Of a stretch of DNA of 64,000 bases, positions 36,873-47,000 are shown piece after piece. The notes beneath the pieces are model-generated. The model had not been told where the DNA came from and made no database searches. It was given only the letters and a program-made list of their open reading frames with translations. A program made the translations under genes and the position numbers. Source of the DNA: an uncultured Planctomycetales bacterium (GTDB lineage Bacteria; Omnitrophota; Gorgyraeia; Gygaellales; Profunditerraquicolaceae); the NCBI GenBank assembly GCA_964542785.1, contig CAZIUK010000003.1, positions 12,946 through 76,945 of the forward strand. The letters run 5' to 3'. Position 1 is the first letter of the stretch, and every line of letters begins with the position of its first letter.

Positions 36873-39338
36873 ATTTTGGTTGCGTGTTTTTTTGTTGTCG
36901 CAGCGCAGGCAGAGGTCTTGGTAATTAAAGCTCCCTTAACTTGGGGGCTTGATAAATCCGCAGAATACCCTTTGCCAAAAGTATTAAACGGTATTTATAC
37001 AACTGACCAGTTTGTAGCTACTGAAGGACAAGTTAGCGCTATTACGATGAATTGGGAATCAAGGGGCGCTATATCAATGGAGGTAAGCGCTGATAATGGG
37101 CTGCATTATACTCCGGTAATAAATGGCGTTCCTTTAGAGAGCGGTTTTGTAAGTGGAGATAGGATTCGCTGGCGGGCACAAGCGCTAAATGAGGATGCGC
37201 AGTTAACAGCGGTGAATCTTTCTTATTCTGATACATCCGGAGTAATAGGGGATTTTGGCCAGCCACTTTTAAGCGGATTTATGTACCGTAAAGAATTTAT
37301 AGTGCGCAATGATTCTAGAGAAGATTTATACAATTATCAGATGAAGCTAAGAATAGGGGAAAGTGAATTAGCCAAGGATGCTGATATCTGCCTTTCTAAA
37401 AAAGCAAAAGAGGATTTTAGCGATATAAGAATTAGCGCATCTGATGGTAAGCGTATTTTATCCTATTATCTTGAAAGCATAGAAGGCGAGCTTCCAGGAA
37501 AGCGCAGTGCTGTAATTTGGGTTAATATTCCTCAACTGCCAAAAGAAAAAGATTTAAAGCTTTACCTATATTATGGGAATCCGCAGGCTTTAAGTTTATC
37601 AAGCGGCGAGCAGACGTTTGATTTTTTTGATGATTTTAAAGACCCTGCCAAGAGCAATGAGAAATGGATAACCTATACAGAAAAAAACGGTACCTTGCAA
37701 TTAAAAAATGGGGAAATTAAGCTTGATGCAGCCGAAGCCATTACAAAAGATTTTCTTTTTAAAGAAGGAATTGTTGAGTATCCCGTAGAGATTGAGAGCG
37801 GTTTTGAAAACAGTTTAAACTTGCGTGTCCAGAATGGTAACTCTTATGATATTCCGCTTTGGTCGGGTTATTCTTCTTTATACAAAGGTGCAGAGCATTG
37901 CATTGCTGTAGAGGGGACAGTAAGAAATAATGACACAACTGCTCTACCTTCTTTTGCCGGAAATAGGTATTACTACCGTTTTGAATATTTTAATGGTAAT
38001 ATAGTCTTTAGCCGTTTTGATGCTTTGACTAAAGAAAAGCAGGCAGAGGCAGTCTTTAAGTCTGATTCTTTGCAAAAAATAGGCTATCTGTCTTTGCGTT
38101 CCGGAGGTGACGGGAATGGCAAGAATGTTATTCGTTTTGGCGCTATACTTGTGCGTAAAGCTGCTTTAATCAAACCGTATTTTGTTTCAGCAGGAAAAGA
38201 AGAGCAACTCTCTTTGCCTATTTTTTCCGGTACAACTCTTTCTTCTTTTGGGAGCCTTACTTTGGCCAAAGGGGCAATGAGCGGGCATTATATTTCAAGT
38301 AATATCCGAAGCGAAGACCAGATAAGGATCATGATCCCTGACTGGGATATTGATTCTCTTGGAGGAGAGTTTATCTTACATCTTTCTGCTGATGCCGGCG
38401 GGTCATATAAGAAAGGCTGCGAAAAGGGGAAGTATTATTATGCTTCAAAAAAGGATTTTGTCCCCGGGAAAAACTTAAAGATACGCATTGACCTTTTAAA
38501 AGGGGCAGGCTCCGAAGTCGAAAAAGTCGCTGTCCCCTTTGTGAAGGTGGAGCATAGGGCAGGAAAGGTAAATATTATTTCACCTAATGGCAGAGAGGTC
38601 TGGGAGGTAGGAAGCAGTAAGAAGATTAGCTGGAGTGCCTTGGATTACGATGAAACTTATCTTTTTGATTTAGCTTACTCTGTCAATGGAGGAAAGGATT
38701 ATATTGAGATTATAGCCAATAAAGATAATGATGGAGTTTATACTTGGGTTGTCCCGGATAAAATTACTAAAATCGCAAAGATAAAGATATCTGATTCTTT
38801 GGATAAAGGTATTTATGATCTTTCCGATGCTTATTTTTCTATTGTAGCTAGAGAAGATTTAAGCATTCAGGAAGAGAAAAAAGAAGAAGCAGGGGTAGTA
38901 GTGCAGGCAGCGCTAAAAGATAAAGCCAGTAAAGAGAGCAAAGATAAGAAAGATAAAGTTACTAAAGAAAGCAAAAAGAAGAAAGATAAAGTTAGCAAAG
39001 AGAACAAAAAGTTGCCGGGGAAAAATCTTTATGATCTTTTAATTAAGATAGGCGATAGCAGGTCTTCCTACAGCGAGGGGGATATTGTTATCTTAAGGCC
39101 TTCAGGTTATATTTGGAGCGTTGAAGAGAGGGAGAAGTTTTTGATTGCGCAGGTATACCTAACTGAAAAGCAGGCTGAGGAATTAACCTCTCCTTTAAAA
39201 ACAAAGGATGGAGAGATATTAAGCCGCAGGAAATATAGGATTAACTTGCTTAAGCAGGGGCTTAAAGGTTTGACAGGGTCAATTAAAAGGCCAAAGGGCT
39301 CTTTTGAGGCAGGGGTTATTGAGGATAAGGCAAATTAG
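36849..39338 (+). CDS. Large secreted protein with a DUF2341-like domain, beta-sandwich modules and a Lys-rich segment
   Basis: The start is set at MIKKVAVPILVACFFVVAAQAEV (signal peptide). The DUF2341-like pattern is YRKEFIVRN...DFSDIRISASDGKRILSYYLES...AVIWVNIPQLP...LYLYYGNPQA. An IISPNGREVWEVGSSKKISW module is present. The K-rich repeat is KDKVTKESKKKKDKVSKENKK. Confidence 0.6.
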   Translation: MIKKVAVPILVACFFVVAAQAEVLVIKAPLTWGLDKSAEYPLPKVLNGIYTTDQFVATEGQVSAITMNWESRGAISMEVSADNGLHYTPVINGVPLESGFVSGDRIRWRAQALNEDAQLTAVNLSYSDTSGVIGDFGQPLLSGFMYRKEFIVRNDSREDLYNYQMKLRIGESELAKDADICLSKKAKEDFSDIRISASDGKRILSYYLESIEGELPGKRSAVIWVNIPQLPKEKDLKLYLYYGNPQALSLSSGEQTFDFFDDFKDPAKSNEKWITYTEKNGTLQLKNGEIKLDAAEAITKDFLFKEGIVEYPVEIESGFENSLNLRVQNGNSYDIPLWSGYSSLYKGAEHCIAVEGTVRNNDTTALPSFAGNRYYYRFEYFNGNIVFSRFDALTKEKQAEAVFKSDSLQKIGYLSLRSGGDGNGKNVIRFGAILVRKAALIKPYFVSAGKEEQLSLPIFSGTTLSSFGSLTLAKGAMSGHYISSNIRSEDQIRIMIPDWDIDSLGGEFILHLSADAGGSYKKGCEKGKYYYASKKDFVPGKNLKIRIDLLKGAGSEVEKVAVPFVKVEHRAGKVNIISPNGREVWEVGSSKKISWSALDYDETYLFDLAYSVNGGKDYIEIIANKDNDGVYTWVVPDKITKIAKIKISDSLDKGIYDLSDAYFSIVAREDLSIQEEKKEEAGVVVQAALKDKASKESKDKKDKVTKESKKKKDKVSKENKKLPGKNLYDLLIKIGDSRSSYSEGDIVILRPSGYIWSVEEREKFLIAQVYLTEKQAEELTSPLKTKDGEILSRRKYRINLLKQGLKGLTGSIKRPKGSFEAGVIEDKAN
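38521..38537 (-). repeat. REP-like half-site inside the coding sequence
   Basis: AAAAAGTCGCTGTCCCC is translated in frame as EKVAVPF. Confidence 0.85.
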
Positions 39339-39379
39339 GCAAAGGTATAACTTTTCTTCCTATTAAGGGGGTTTTTAAG

Positions 39380-40987
39380 ATGAGAAAGAAGTTATTAGTC
39401 TTCTGGGTTTTATTTTTTGCTTTAGTATTTTTAAAGAGTACCTTTGCCAATAATATAACTGTAAGCAACCTTTCGCTGGATAACCTGGATTCAGCTTCAG
39501 GCACAGTTGAGATAAAGTTTGATTTAGATTGGGAGAATAGTTTTTCCCCGGAACAAGACCCTGATGCTACAACATTTGACGCAGCGTGGGTATTTGTTAA
39601 GTTTTACAGCGGAGATCCTAAGAAGTGGCATCATGCGCGGCTAAGCGAAGGCGGGACCTTCCAGTTGTATAGCACGGAGACAAAATTAGGGATTACCGAG
39701 GATAGAGTAGGTGTTTTTTGCCGCCCGGGAAACAACCAAACCCTTATCTGGAACTATCGTGATGCAGGAGTCAGCTTGGAAGAGGAGGATATAAAGATTA
39801 AGGTCTTTGCCATTGAGATGGTATATATACCAGAGGGAGAGTTTTATATAGGTTCCGGTATGCTAGAAGCTTATTCGTTTTATGACGCCTCTGATCCTAC
39901 TCGGAGTCAGCCTATTAAAATTACTGCCTCTTCTCCCTGGCTCTCTGATAGGGCTAATGGCGCTGAAGGCACAGGAATACCAGGAGATATAGCGTTTAAT
40001 AAGACTACCAGTCCTGGCTATGGTAATCTGCCAGTAGTAAGAACCCAATTAAACCCTAACTATCCTACAGGATACAAGGGGTTTTATATCGCAAAGTATC
40101 CGATCTCTCAGGGTCAATACAGGGATTTTTTAAATACCCTGACTAGGGAAGAGCAGCATAGGCTGGTTGGGAAAACTATAAGTGACACTAACGCATCTTT
40201 CTCACTTCCTGACAATATCCCTCCAGGAACAACAGAGGTAACTAATGTATATGTAATGGAGAATTCTCCCGCCTTAACTAGGCGTGTTTCAATAAGATGC
40301 GATAGCCAGATAGATGCGTATGCTCCGGTAACTTTTTACTGCGACTTAAATGGAAACGGTATTCCTAATGAAGAAGATGATGGAGAGTGGCTCCCGATGA
40401 GTGACATCTGGTGGCACTTTAACGGAGCATTCTGTGATTGGGCAGGGTTGCGGCCTATAACTGAATTAGAATATGAAAAAGCCTGCCGCGGTCCAGTTTA
40501 TCCTGTCCCAGGGGAATTGGCTCATGGGCTTTCTAACGTTAATTATCTTTCGGTTTCCGCTGCCCAGGTAGGTAACCCCGGGCGAATTGATGAGTATGCA
40601 ACTAATAACGGGAACTTTCGTTGGATATATGGTACCTCGTGGATAATGCGGGTAGGTTTTGCCGCGACCCCTAATTCTACCAGGGAATCAGCAATTTCTT
40701 CTTATTATGGGGTAATGGATATGACATCCCAGGTTAGTACTCCTGTTGTAAGTGTAGTTGCTCTTACTTTTGACGGACAACATGGAGATGGAGAGTTAGA
40801 CGCGTCAGTAAACACAGTGCATAATGTGCCTAACTGGCCTACAGATCATGCAGGCTGGCGCTCCGGTGACAGGAATTATGTGAGTGCGGTTTCGTACCGT
40901 TATTCTGATAGCAATCTGGATCCTTTAGTATGGAAAAAGAATCGTACTGGAAATAGCAGTATACGTCCTTGCCGGACTGCTTATTAG
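39380..40987 (+). CDS. Secreted protein with a formylglycine-generating-enzyme (SUMF1/FGE-sulfatase) fold domain
   Basis: 535 aa with a signal peptide. It carries MVYIPEGEFYIGSG, YIAKYPISQGQYRDFLN and GLRPITELEYEKACRG. Confidence 0.6.
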   Translation: MRKKLLVFWVLFFALVFLKSTFANNITVSNLSLDNLDSASGTVEIKFDLDWENSFSPEQDPDATTFDAAWVFVKFYSGDPKKWHHARLSEGGTFQLYSTETKLGITEDRVGVFCRPGNNQTLIWNYRDAGVSLEEEDIKIKVFAIEMVYIPEGEFYIGSGMLEAYSFYDASDPTRSQPIKITASSPWLSDRANGAEGTGIPGDIAFNKTTSPGYGNLPVVRTQLNPNYPTGYKGFYIAKYPISQGQYRDFLNTLTREEQHRLVGKTISDTNASFSLPDNIPPGTTEVTNVYVMENSPALTRRVSIRCDSQIDAYAPVTFYCDLNGNGIPNEEDDGEWLPMSDIWWHFNGAFCDWAGLRPITELEYEKACRGPVYPVPGELAHGLSNVNYLSVSAAQVGNPGRIDEYATNNGNFRWIYGTSWIMRVGFAATPNSTRESAISSYYGVMDMTSQVSTPVVSVVALTFDGQHGDGELDASVNTVHNVPNWPTDHAGWRSGDRNYVSAVSYRYSDSNLDPLVWKKNRTGNSSIRPCRTAY

Positions 40988-41036
40988 GAAGTTAACAGGT
41001 TTTTGTAGGATTAAAGAGGATTTAAAAGAGGGAAAG

Positions 41037-43922
41037 ATGGAAAAGAAAGAGAGAATAAACATAATAATTTCAGTAATTCTTATTCTTACGGCAGCATCCC
41101 TGTTTTTTCCGCTTTCTTCTGCCTTTGCCGGCCAATTTACCGGAGGTATCGGCGACGGAGATGCTTGTGCAGAGGTCTCTCTCTCCTCTCTGGCTACGGT
41201 TCCAGAAGTAGTTTCAAAGATTATCCGGGCAGGGGAGGAGATATTATCTATCAGCCGCTTAAATAACAAAGTTACCGTTGTCTTGACTAACCCCTACCCT
41301 AATAATAACCTTAAACCCGGCCAGTATATTGTGATTTATACCGGGATCTCTGGGACTCCTTCTTTTAACGGCAGATTCTTAATTGATAGCGTCTTAAGCC
41401 AAAGCGAGTTTACCTATCAGCAGGGAGGCAGTAATGAGTCAGGGTCTATAGGAAGCTTTAGTTTTGCCGGAGGAGATTTTAGTACCCTTACTAGCTGGGA
41501 GGCTGATTTACCGTATGATTTAGCCAGTACAGGCACGCCGCATATCGCCGTATGTTATAATGATTGGGTATCAGGGCTTAAAGATAACCTTGTGGTTGAA
41601 GGACATACAACCACCCCTAAATATTATATAAAAATTACTCCTTTTAGGCTTGACCGAAATACTGGGAAACCAAAGTCAGGCTTTTTTATTGCTCCTTCAA
41701 GCGGAAATGCAATAATCCTCCAGGATAATGCTGATTTGGTGCTTGATAGTATTGAAGCTACTGCTCCGGTAGTGATCAATGCCGGAGTAGCCCGGGTTGA
41801 TGATCGTTCCATCTATTCAAAGTTAGAGGTAGGTAGCGGCGCGACCTTGGCTCTTAGCGGGGCGAATTTTGGTAATTTAAAAGAGATGGTTATAAACGCA
41901 GGTTCAACCCTTGAATATCTTGACGGTGATTCTTCTTCTTTAGACAACCCAATAGCCTTGCTTAACCAGGATCACCATCATCTTAAGCTTTCTAAGGGGT
42001 TTTTTAAGTTACCGGCAGATAATTTTACTATTATGGGTAATATTGATATCGGATCACAGGCAAGCTTGGATGCGACAGAAAATAATTATAATATCAAAGT
42101 TGCAGGAGATTGGTTCTGTTTGGGGAATTTTAATTCGCGCGTGGCAGGAGTGGAATTTAACGGAACTAACCAAAAGATATCCGGGTCAACTTCTTTCTTT
42201 AATTTTAGAAAAGATAACTCAGGCCCTGGTACCTTAATCTTGACCTTTGAAAGCGCATCTCTTCAGACTGTCAAAGGCAGGCTTGACTTAGGAAGAGGAA
42301 GCAGGGAAAATTTTTTAAAGTTGCGCAGCAGCCAGGAGGGGAGTCAGTGGGAGCTTGACCTTCAGGGAGATAGCTTAGCCGGGTTTGTAAATGTAAAGGA
42401 TTCTGATGCTTCCAGGGGAAATAAGGTTTATGCTACAGCTTCTTTGGATTCCGGGAATAATGATAATTGGGAGTTTAACAGCGCTGAAGGAGGGCCTATC
42501 CAGTCTGTGAGCGTTTCTCCTTCAAGCGGGTATCGAAAGATCGGAGAGAGTGTAGGGTTTACAATTAAAATCAAGCCGCAATATTCTAACAGCACTCTTT
42601 TGTATTATGAATCTTATTTTGGAAACCATTTAATTGAGCTAACCAGGGAAGAAGACGGTATAACTTTTAATGGTTCCTATATAGTTAAAGAGGGTGATCC
42701 TGATATAGCTGATCCTTCTTTGTCAGGCAGGCTTGAGATTATGCCTTTTGGGGGAGCTACATCTCTTTTTAGCGCGATTTTATCTAAAACCACTCTGTAT
42801 ATAGATGCTAATAAGCCGGTAGTAAGTAGTGGAAACATCTTAGTTACCACTAGTCCTGATAATGGTGAATTTTATCGCGCTGGCGAAGATATTACTCTTA
42901 CCTGGGATAATTCTGCTTCTGGAGACGGGAGCCATAATCCGGATATTGCCCTAGTTACCGCTGATTTTTCAGCTTTAGGCGGAAGTTCTGCTGTAGAGAT
43001 GTCAGAGAGCGAAGGTATTTATACCGCAAGCTATACAGTTTCTGCTGAGAGTATAAATGGTACCCATGATATCTTAGTTACTGTTACGGATAAGGCCGGC
43101 AACCAGACCTCTCTTGCCGCCCCTACAAAGGTAAGAGTTGTCTCTGGCTCTCTTACGCTTACCAGCCCCACTACCCCGGTAAGCTATGTTGCCGGAACAA
43201 CCCAGAAGATAACCTGGAATGCTTCTGGAGATATAAGTACGGTAAATTTAAAATATTCCATTGATTCAGGACAAAGTTATAAGACCATTAACACTGTAGG
43301 GTCTTTGACCGGGGGGAATACTTGTGACTGGGTAGTTCCTAGCGATATAACTTCTAAGGCCCGGGTTAAGGTTGAGGATACTGCCATTAAGCAGGTTTAT
43401 AGCGCCTCAAGCGTAGATTTTAGCATTGTTTATCCTTCTGTTACTATTACCAGTCCTAATGGAGGGGAGTCTTGGACAGCAGGCTCTAAACAGAATATTA
43501 CTTGGACAACGAATTCACCTTTAGTGACTCATCTTAAACTTGAATATTCTGTTGATGGAGGATCAAGCTGGAATTTAATTGCCGCAGCAGTTCCTAATAC
43601 AGGATCATATTTATGGAAACTGGATAACCTTTTTGCTGTAGATACTGTTAGGGTAAGGGCGACAGGCTTAGCCCGTAATCAAATGTTAACTTTAGGCGGA
43701 AGCGCTATGGACAAAGTTTCTTCTGGCGCTTGGCTGGAGGATAACTATAAGGTTTTAGCCATAGAGGTCTTAAGTGATTTTAACGCAGGAGACACTCTGC
43801 TGATATCTGGTCTAAAGTTCGGTAATTTTATTGTCTCTCCTGCGAATAACCTGAAGTTAAGCGCTGGAAGTAATTCTGTTATAGATGATAAGAAGATTAC
43901 AGTTATAGCGCCTTCTGTTTAG
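41037..43922 (+). CDS. Large secreted protein with repeated Ig-like/beta-sandwich modules
   Basis: 961 aa with an N-terminal signal/anchor. Repeated modules of the type ITSPNGGESWTAGSKQNITWT and LTSPTTPVSYVAGTTQKITWN are present. Confidence 0.55.
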   Translation: MEKKERINIIISVILILTAASLFFPLSSAFAGQFTGGIGDGDACAEVSLSSLATVPEVVSKIIRAGEEILSISRLNNKVTVVLTNPYPNNNLKPGQYIVIYTGISGTPSFNGRFLIDSVLSQSEFTYQQGGSNESGSIGSFSFAGGDFSTLTSWEADLPYDLASTGTPHIAVCYNDWVSGLKDNLVVEGHTTTPKYYIKITPFRLDRNTGKPKSGFFIAPSSGNAIILQDNADLVLDSIEATAPVVINAGVARVDDRSIYSKLEVGSGATLALSGANFGNLKEMVINAGSTLEYLDGDSSSLDNPIALLNQDHHHLKLSKGFFKLPADNFTIMGNIDIGSQASLDATENNYNIKVAGDWFCLGNFNSRVAGVEFNGTNQKISGSTSFFNFRKDNSGPGTLILTFESASLQTVKGRLDLGRGSRENFLKLRSSQEGSQWELDLQGDSLAGFVNVKDSDASRGNKVYATASLDSGNNDNWEFNSAEGGPIQSVSVSPSSGYRKIGESVGFTIKIKPQYSNSTLLYYESYFGNHLIELTREEDGITFNGSYIVKEGDPDIADPSLSGRLEIMPFGGATSLFSAILSKTTLYIDANKPVVSSGNILVTTSPDNGEFYRAGEDITLTWDNSASGDGSHNPDIALVTADFSALGGSSAVEMSESEGIYTASYTVSAESINGTHDILVTVTDKAGNQTSLAAPTKVRVVSGSLTLTSPTTPVSYVAGTTQKITWNASGDISTVNLKYSIDSGQSYKTINTVGSLTGGNTCDWVVPSDITSKARVKVEDTAIKQVYSASSVDFSIVYPSVTITSPNGGESWTAGSKQNITWTTNSPLVTHLKLEYSVDGGSSWNLIAAAVPNTGSYLWKLDNLFAVDTVRVRATGLARNQMLTLGGSAMDKVSSGAWLEDNYKVLAIEVLSDFNAGDTLLISGLKFGNFIVSPANNLKLSAGSNSVIDDKKITVIAPSV

Positions 43923-44022
43923 CAAGGCGGATTTGGGGATAGTTTTGTTTAGGTAAGGGGATTATAGAGGTTTTAAGATAAGAGTAGTTAGAGATGGTTA
44001 GAAGATGTGGGGTGAATAGATT

Positions 44023-47000
44023 ATGAAGAAAATACTCAAGGTATTATTAATAGGCGGGTTAGCGCTCTGGGGTTATTTTGAATCCGCATCCTTGGCTTTA
44101 GGAGCTAATCTTTCTATCTCAAGCGCGTCTGATCAGACCTTTATCTCTGAGGAAGCGCCTAAGGATGCGCAGGCTATAACCATTACTGATGTATCTGGAT
44201 CCGGCATAATCGTTTCAAGCGGGTTGAGGATACTTATCCCGGATTCTTTCGGGATGCAGTGGCATGGGGCTATGCTTAGGGATGATAGCGTGACTGATAC
44301 CTCTAACGCTGATTTTAGTGTTATTGCCGCGCAGATAATCTCTGCCGGGGTAACCTTGGAAAGTTCAGATGCCGGAGCAACCGGGAGCGTGGAGGTTAAT
44401 TTTACCAGTATAAACTCTATACCTGCTGATGCAAAGATAGTGATTACATTCCCGGATAATTTTGTTTTTAATTCTAAAAGCCCAACTCTTGCTTCTTCTG
44501 CCACAATGAGCGGGGATTTTAGTGTTAGTATTACTGGGCAGGTTATAACAGTTACCCGCAACTCAACTTCGGCTTCTTCTGCTGGAAGCCACTTAATTAC
44601 CTTAACTAATATTAAGAATCCGATTAGGCCGGGAACAACTGGGGCATATTCATTGAAGATCCAGACTCTGGCGGGGTTTGATATTGATGTGAATAATGAT
44701 TTAGCCGCTTCCACGATTGTCCCTGCGGCAACTTCCCGTATAACTTTAAATTCTCCGGATGATATGACTGCAGGCGCAGCGCGCGCAGCCTACACCTTAA
44801 CCCGTTATGATGAGTACGGTAATTTAAGTACACAAGAGGAAGAAGTCTTTGACATTTCAACTACCTCTACCGGGGATAATGCTGTTTTCTACAATGATGC
44901 TACTGCAAGCGAAGCCGGGAATATCATTACCAGTATCACTATCCCCCAGGGTTCTTCTTCGGTTAACTTCTGGTATGACGATACCAAGATGGGGGCGTAT
45001 ACAATTGCGGCTATTAAATCAGATCAGCCTGAGATTACCGTTTCTGATGGTATAAATGTAAAGCATGCTGAACCGGATCATTTAAGGTTTGTTTCTGATA
45101 TACCTACTGCGGATGCCAAGCAGGTCTCTGTGCAGTTTAACCTGCCTCAGCTTGCTGCTGTTGACCGTTATGATAATATACTTACTAATGACTACGGAGC
45201 TGCTGCTTATTCCGGGAATAAGGCTATAACCTATTCCTTAAGCGGTCAAAGAGACGCTCCCGACGGAAATGGGACAGATCTTTTTTATTCCGACAATGTA
45301 GCTTCGGCGAAGGTAAATTTTACTAACGGCCTCTCAACAAATGCCCTTAGCGCTAAGTTATACCGGGCGCAGAATACGGTTATATCCCCGGCGGATAGTA
45401 ATCTTCCCAGCGAGAGTCTTCCTTCTAACGAGATTATTGTTAACCCGGCTACAGCGACAAAACTGGTCTTTAAACAGCAGCCTTCTGGCAGTGCGATAGT
45501 CAACTCTGCCTTTTTACAACAGCCGGTAGTAGCTATCCAGGATCATTACGGCAACCAGACTTTGGATATATTCCCGATAAAGCTCTATGATTCTATCCGT
45601 TCGGAATTTCCTTATGCCGATGCTCCTGGAATTTTAACTTCTGACCACGAGGATAATACATTAAATGCCGTTGCAGGCGAGGCGTCTTTTAGCGGGGTTG
45701 AATATAATGCCTCAGGTGTAATATACCTGTATGCCCAAGGATTAGGCGCAGGCAGCAATGTTAACCCTGTTTTTTCAAATGAGATAACCCTGGCTACTTC
45801 CGTCACAACCATGGTTAAGGCCGCGGATACTCCTGTAGCTGACTTTAACCTAACTCCTACCAACGATACATTGGAAAAGAAGTTTAAGGTTTTAAAGTTT
45901 AAGGTAACTGATGCCGGAGAAGATAAGACTCCTACATTGATCGATCAGATTAAAATAGCAGTATCCGGCACCGGGGGTCATGCTTCTACAGATATTGCCT
46001 GGGCAGGTTTATATGTAGGAGAAGAAAAGGTGGCGGATGCTGCTTCTATAACAGATGACTTTATTACTTTTGGGCAGGAGCCTAACAGCGATTCTACTGC
46101 AGGTATCTACAGCGTGCCTGATAGTAGCTCTGTTGAATTTACCGTGTATATCCATATGAAGCCGGATAAGTTATCCGCCCTTGACGGCCAGTCGTATATC
46201 TTTACTACTGATGAAGATAGGGTAGGGGTTGACAGAGGGGCTTCTTCGCAAATGACGGCAAGCTCAGGCAGTATAGCCGCTGTTACCGGAACTATTAAAG
46301 TTGATATGACGCATCTTGAGATTGTAACTGAAGAAGGAGCCTCAACATTAACTGTCTCTGCTGGGGTGCCGGTAGAGCTGTTGGTGCGCGCTACCGACGC
46401 TAATAAGAACATAGATAGCGATTATAATGGTAGCCATACCTTAGTCTTCTCAGGGTTAAATAGTGTTGGTACCCTTTACCCAAAGATAGAGAGTGTCCTT
46501 TTTGGCTATAATATAACTATTTCTTTTTCAGGAGGTATTTCTGCTTCTCAAGGAGTTACCCTTACTCCTTATAAGAGCGAGGAAGGTATAATCGTTGTCC
46601 AGGAATCAGGAAAGTCTTACAGTCAGCATGGATTAACTGCCACGATTGTCCCTGCGGCGACTTCCCGTATAACTTTAAATTCTCCGGATGATATGACTGC
46701 AGGCGCAGCGCGCGCAGCCTACACCTTAACCCGTTATGATGAGTACGGTAATTTAAGTACACAAGAGGAAGAAGTCTTTGACATTTCAACTACCTCTACC
46801 GGGGATAATGCTGTTTTCTACAATGATGCTACTGCAAGCGAAGCCGGGAATATCATTACCAGTATCACTATCCCCCAGGGTTCTTCTTCGGTTAACTTCT
46901 GGTATGACGATACCAAGATGGGGGCGTATACAATTGCGGCTATTAAATCAGATCAGCCTGAGATTACCGTTTCTGATGGTATAAATGTAAAGCATGCTGA

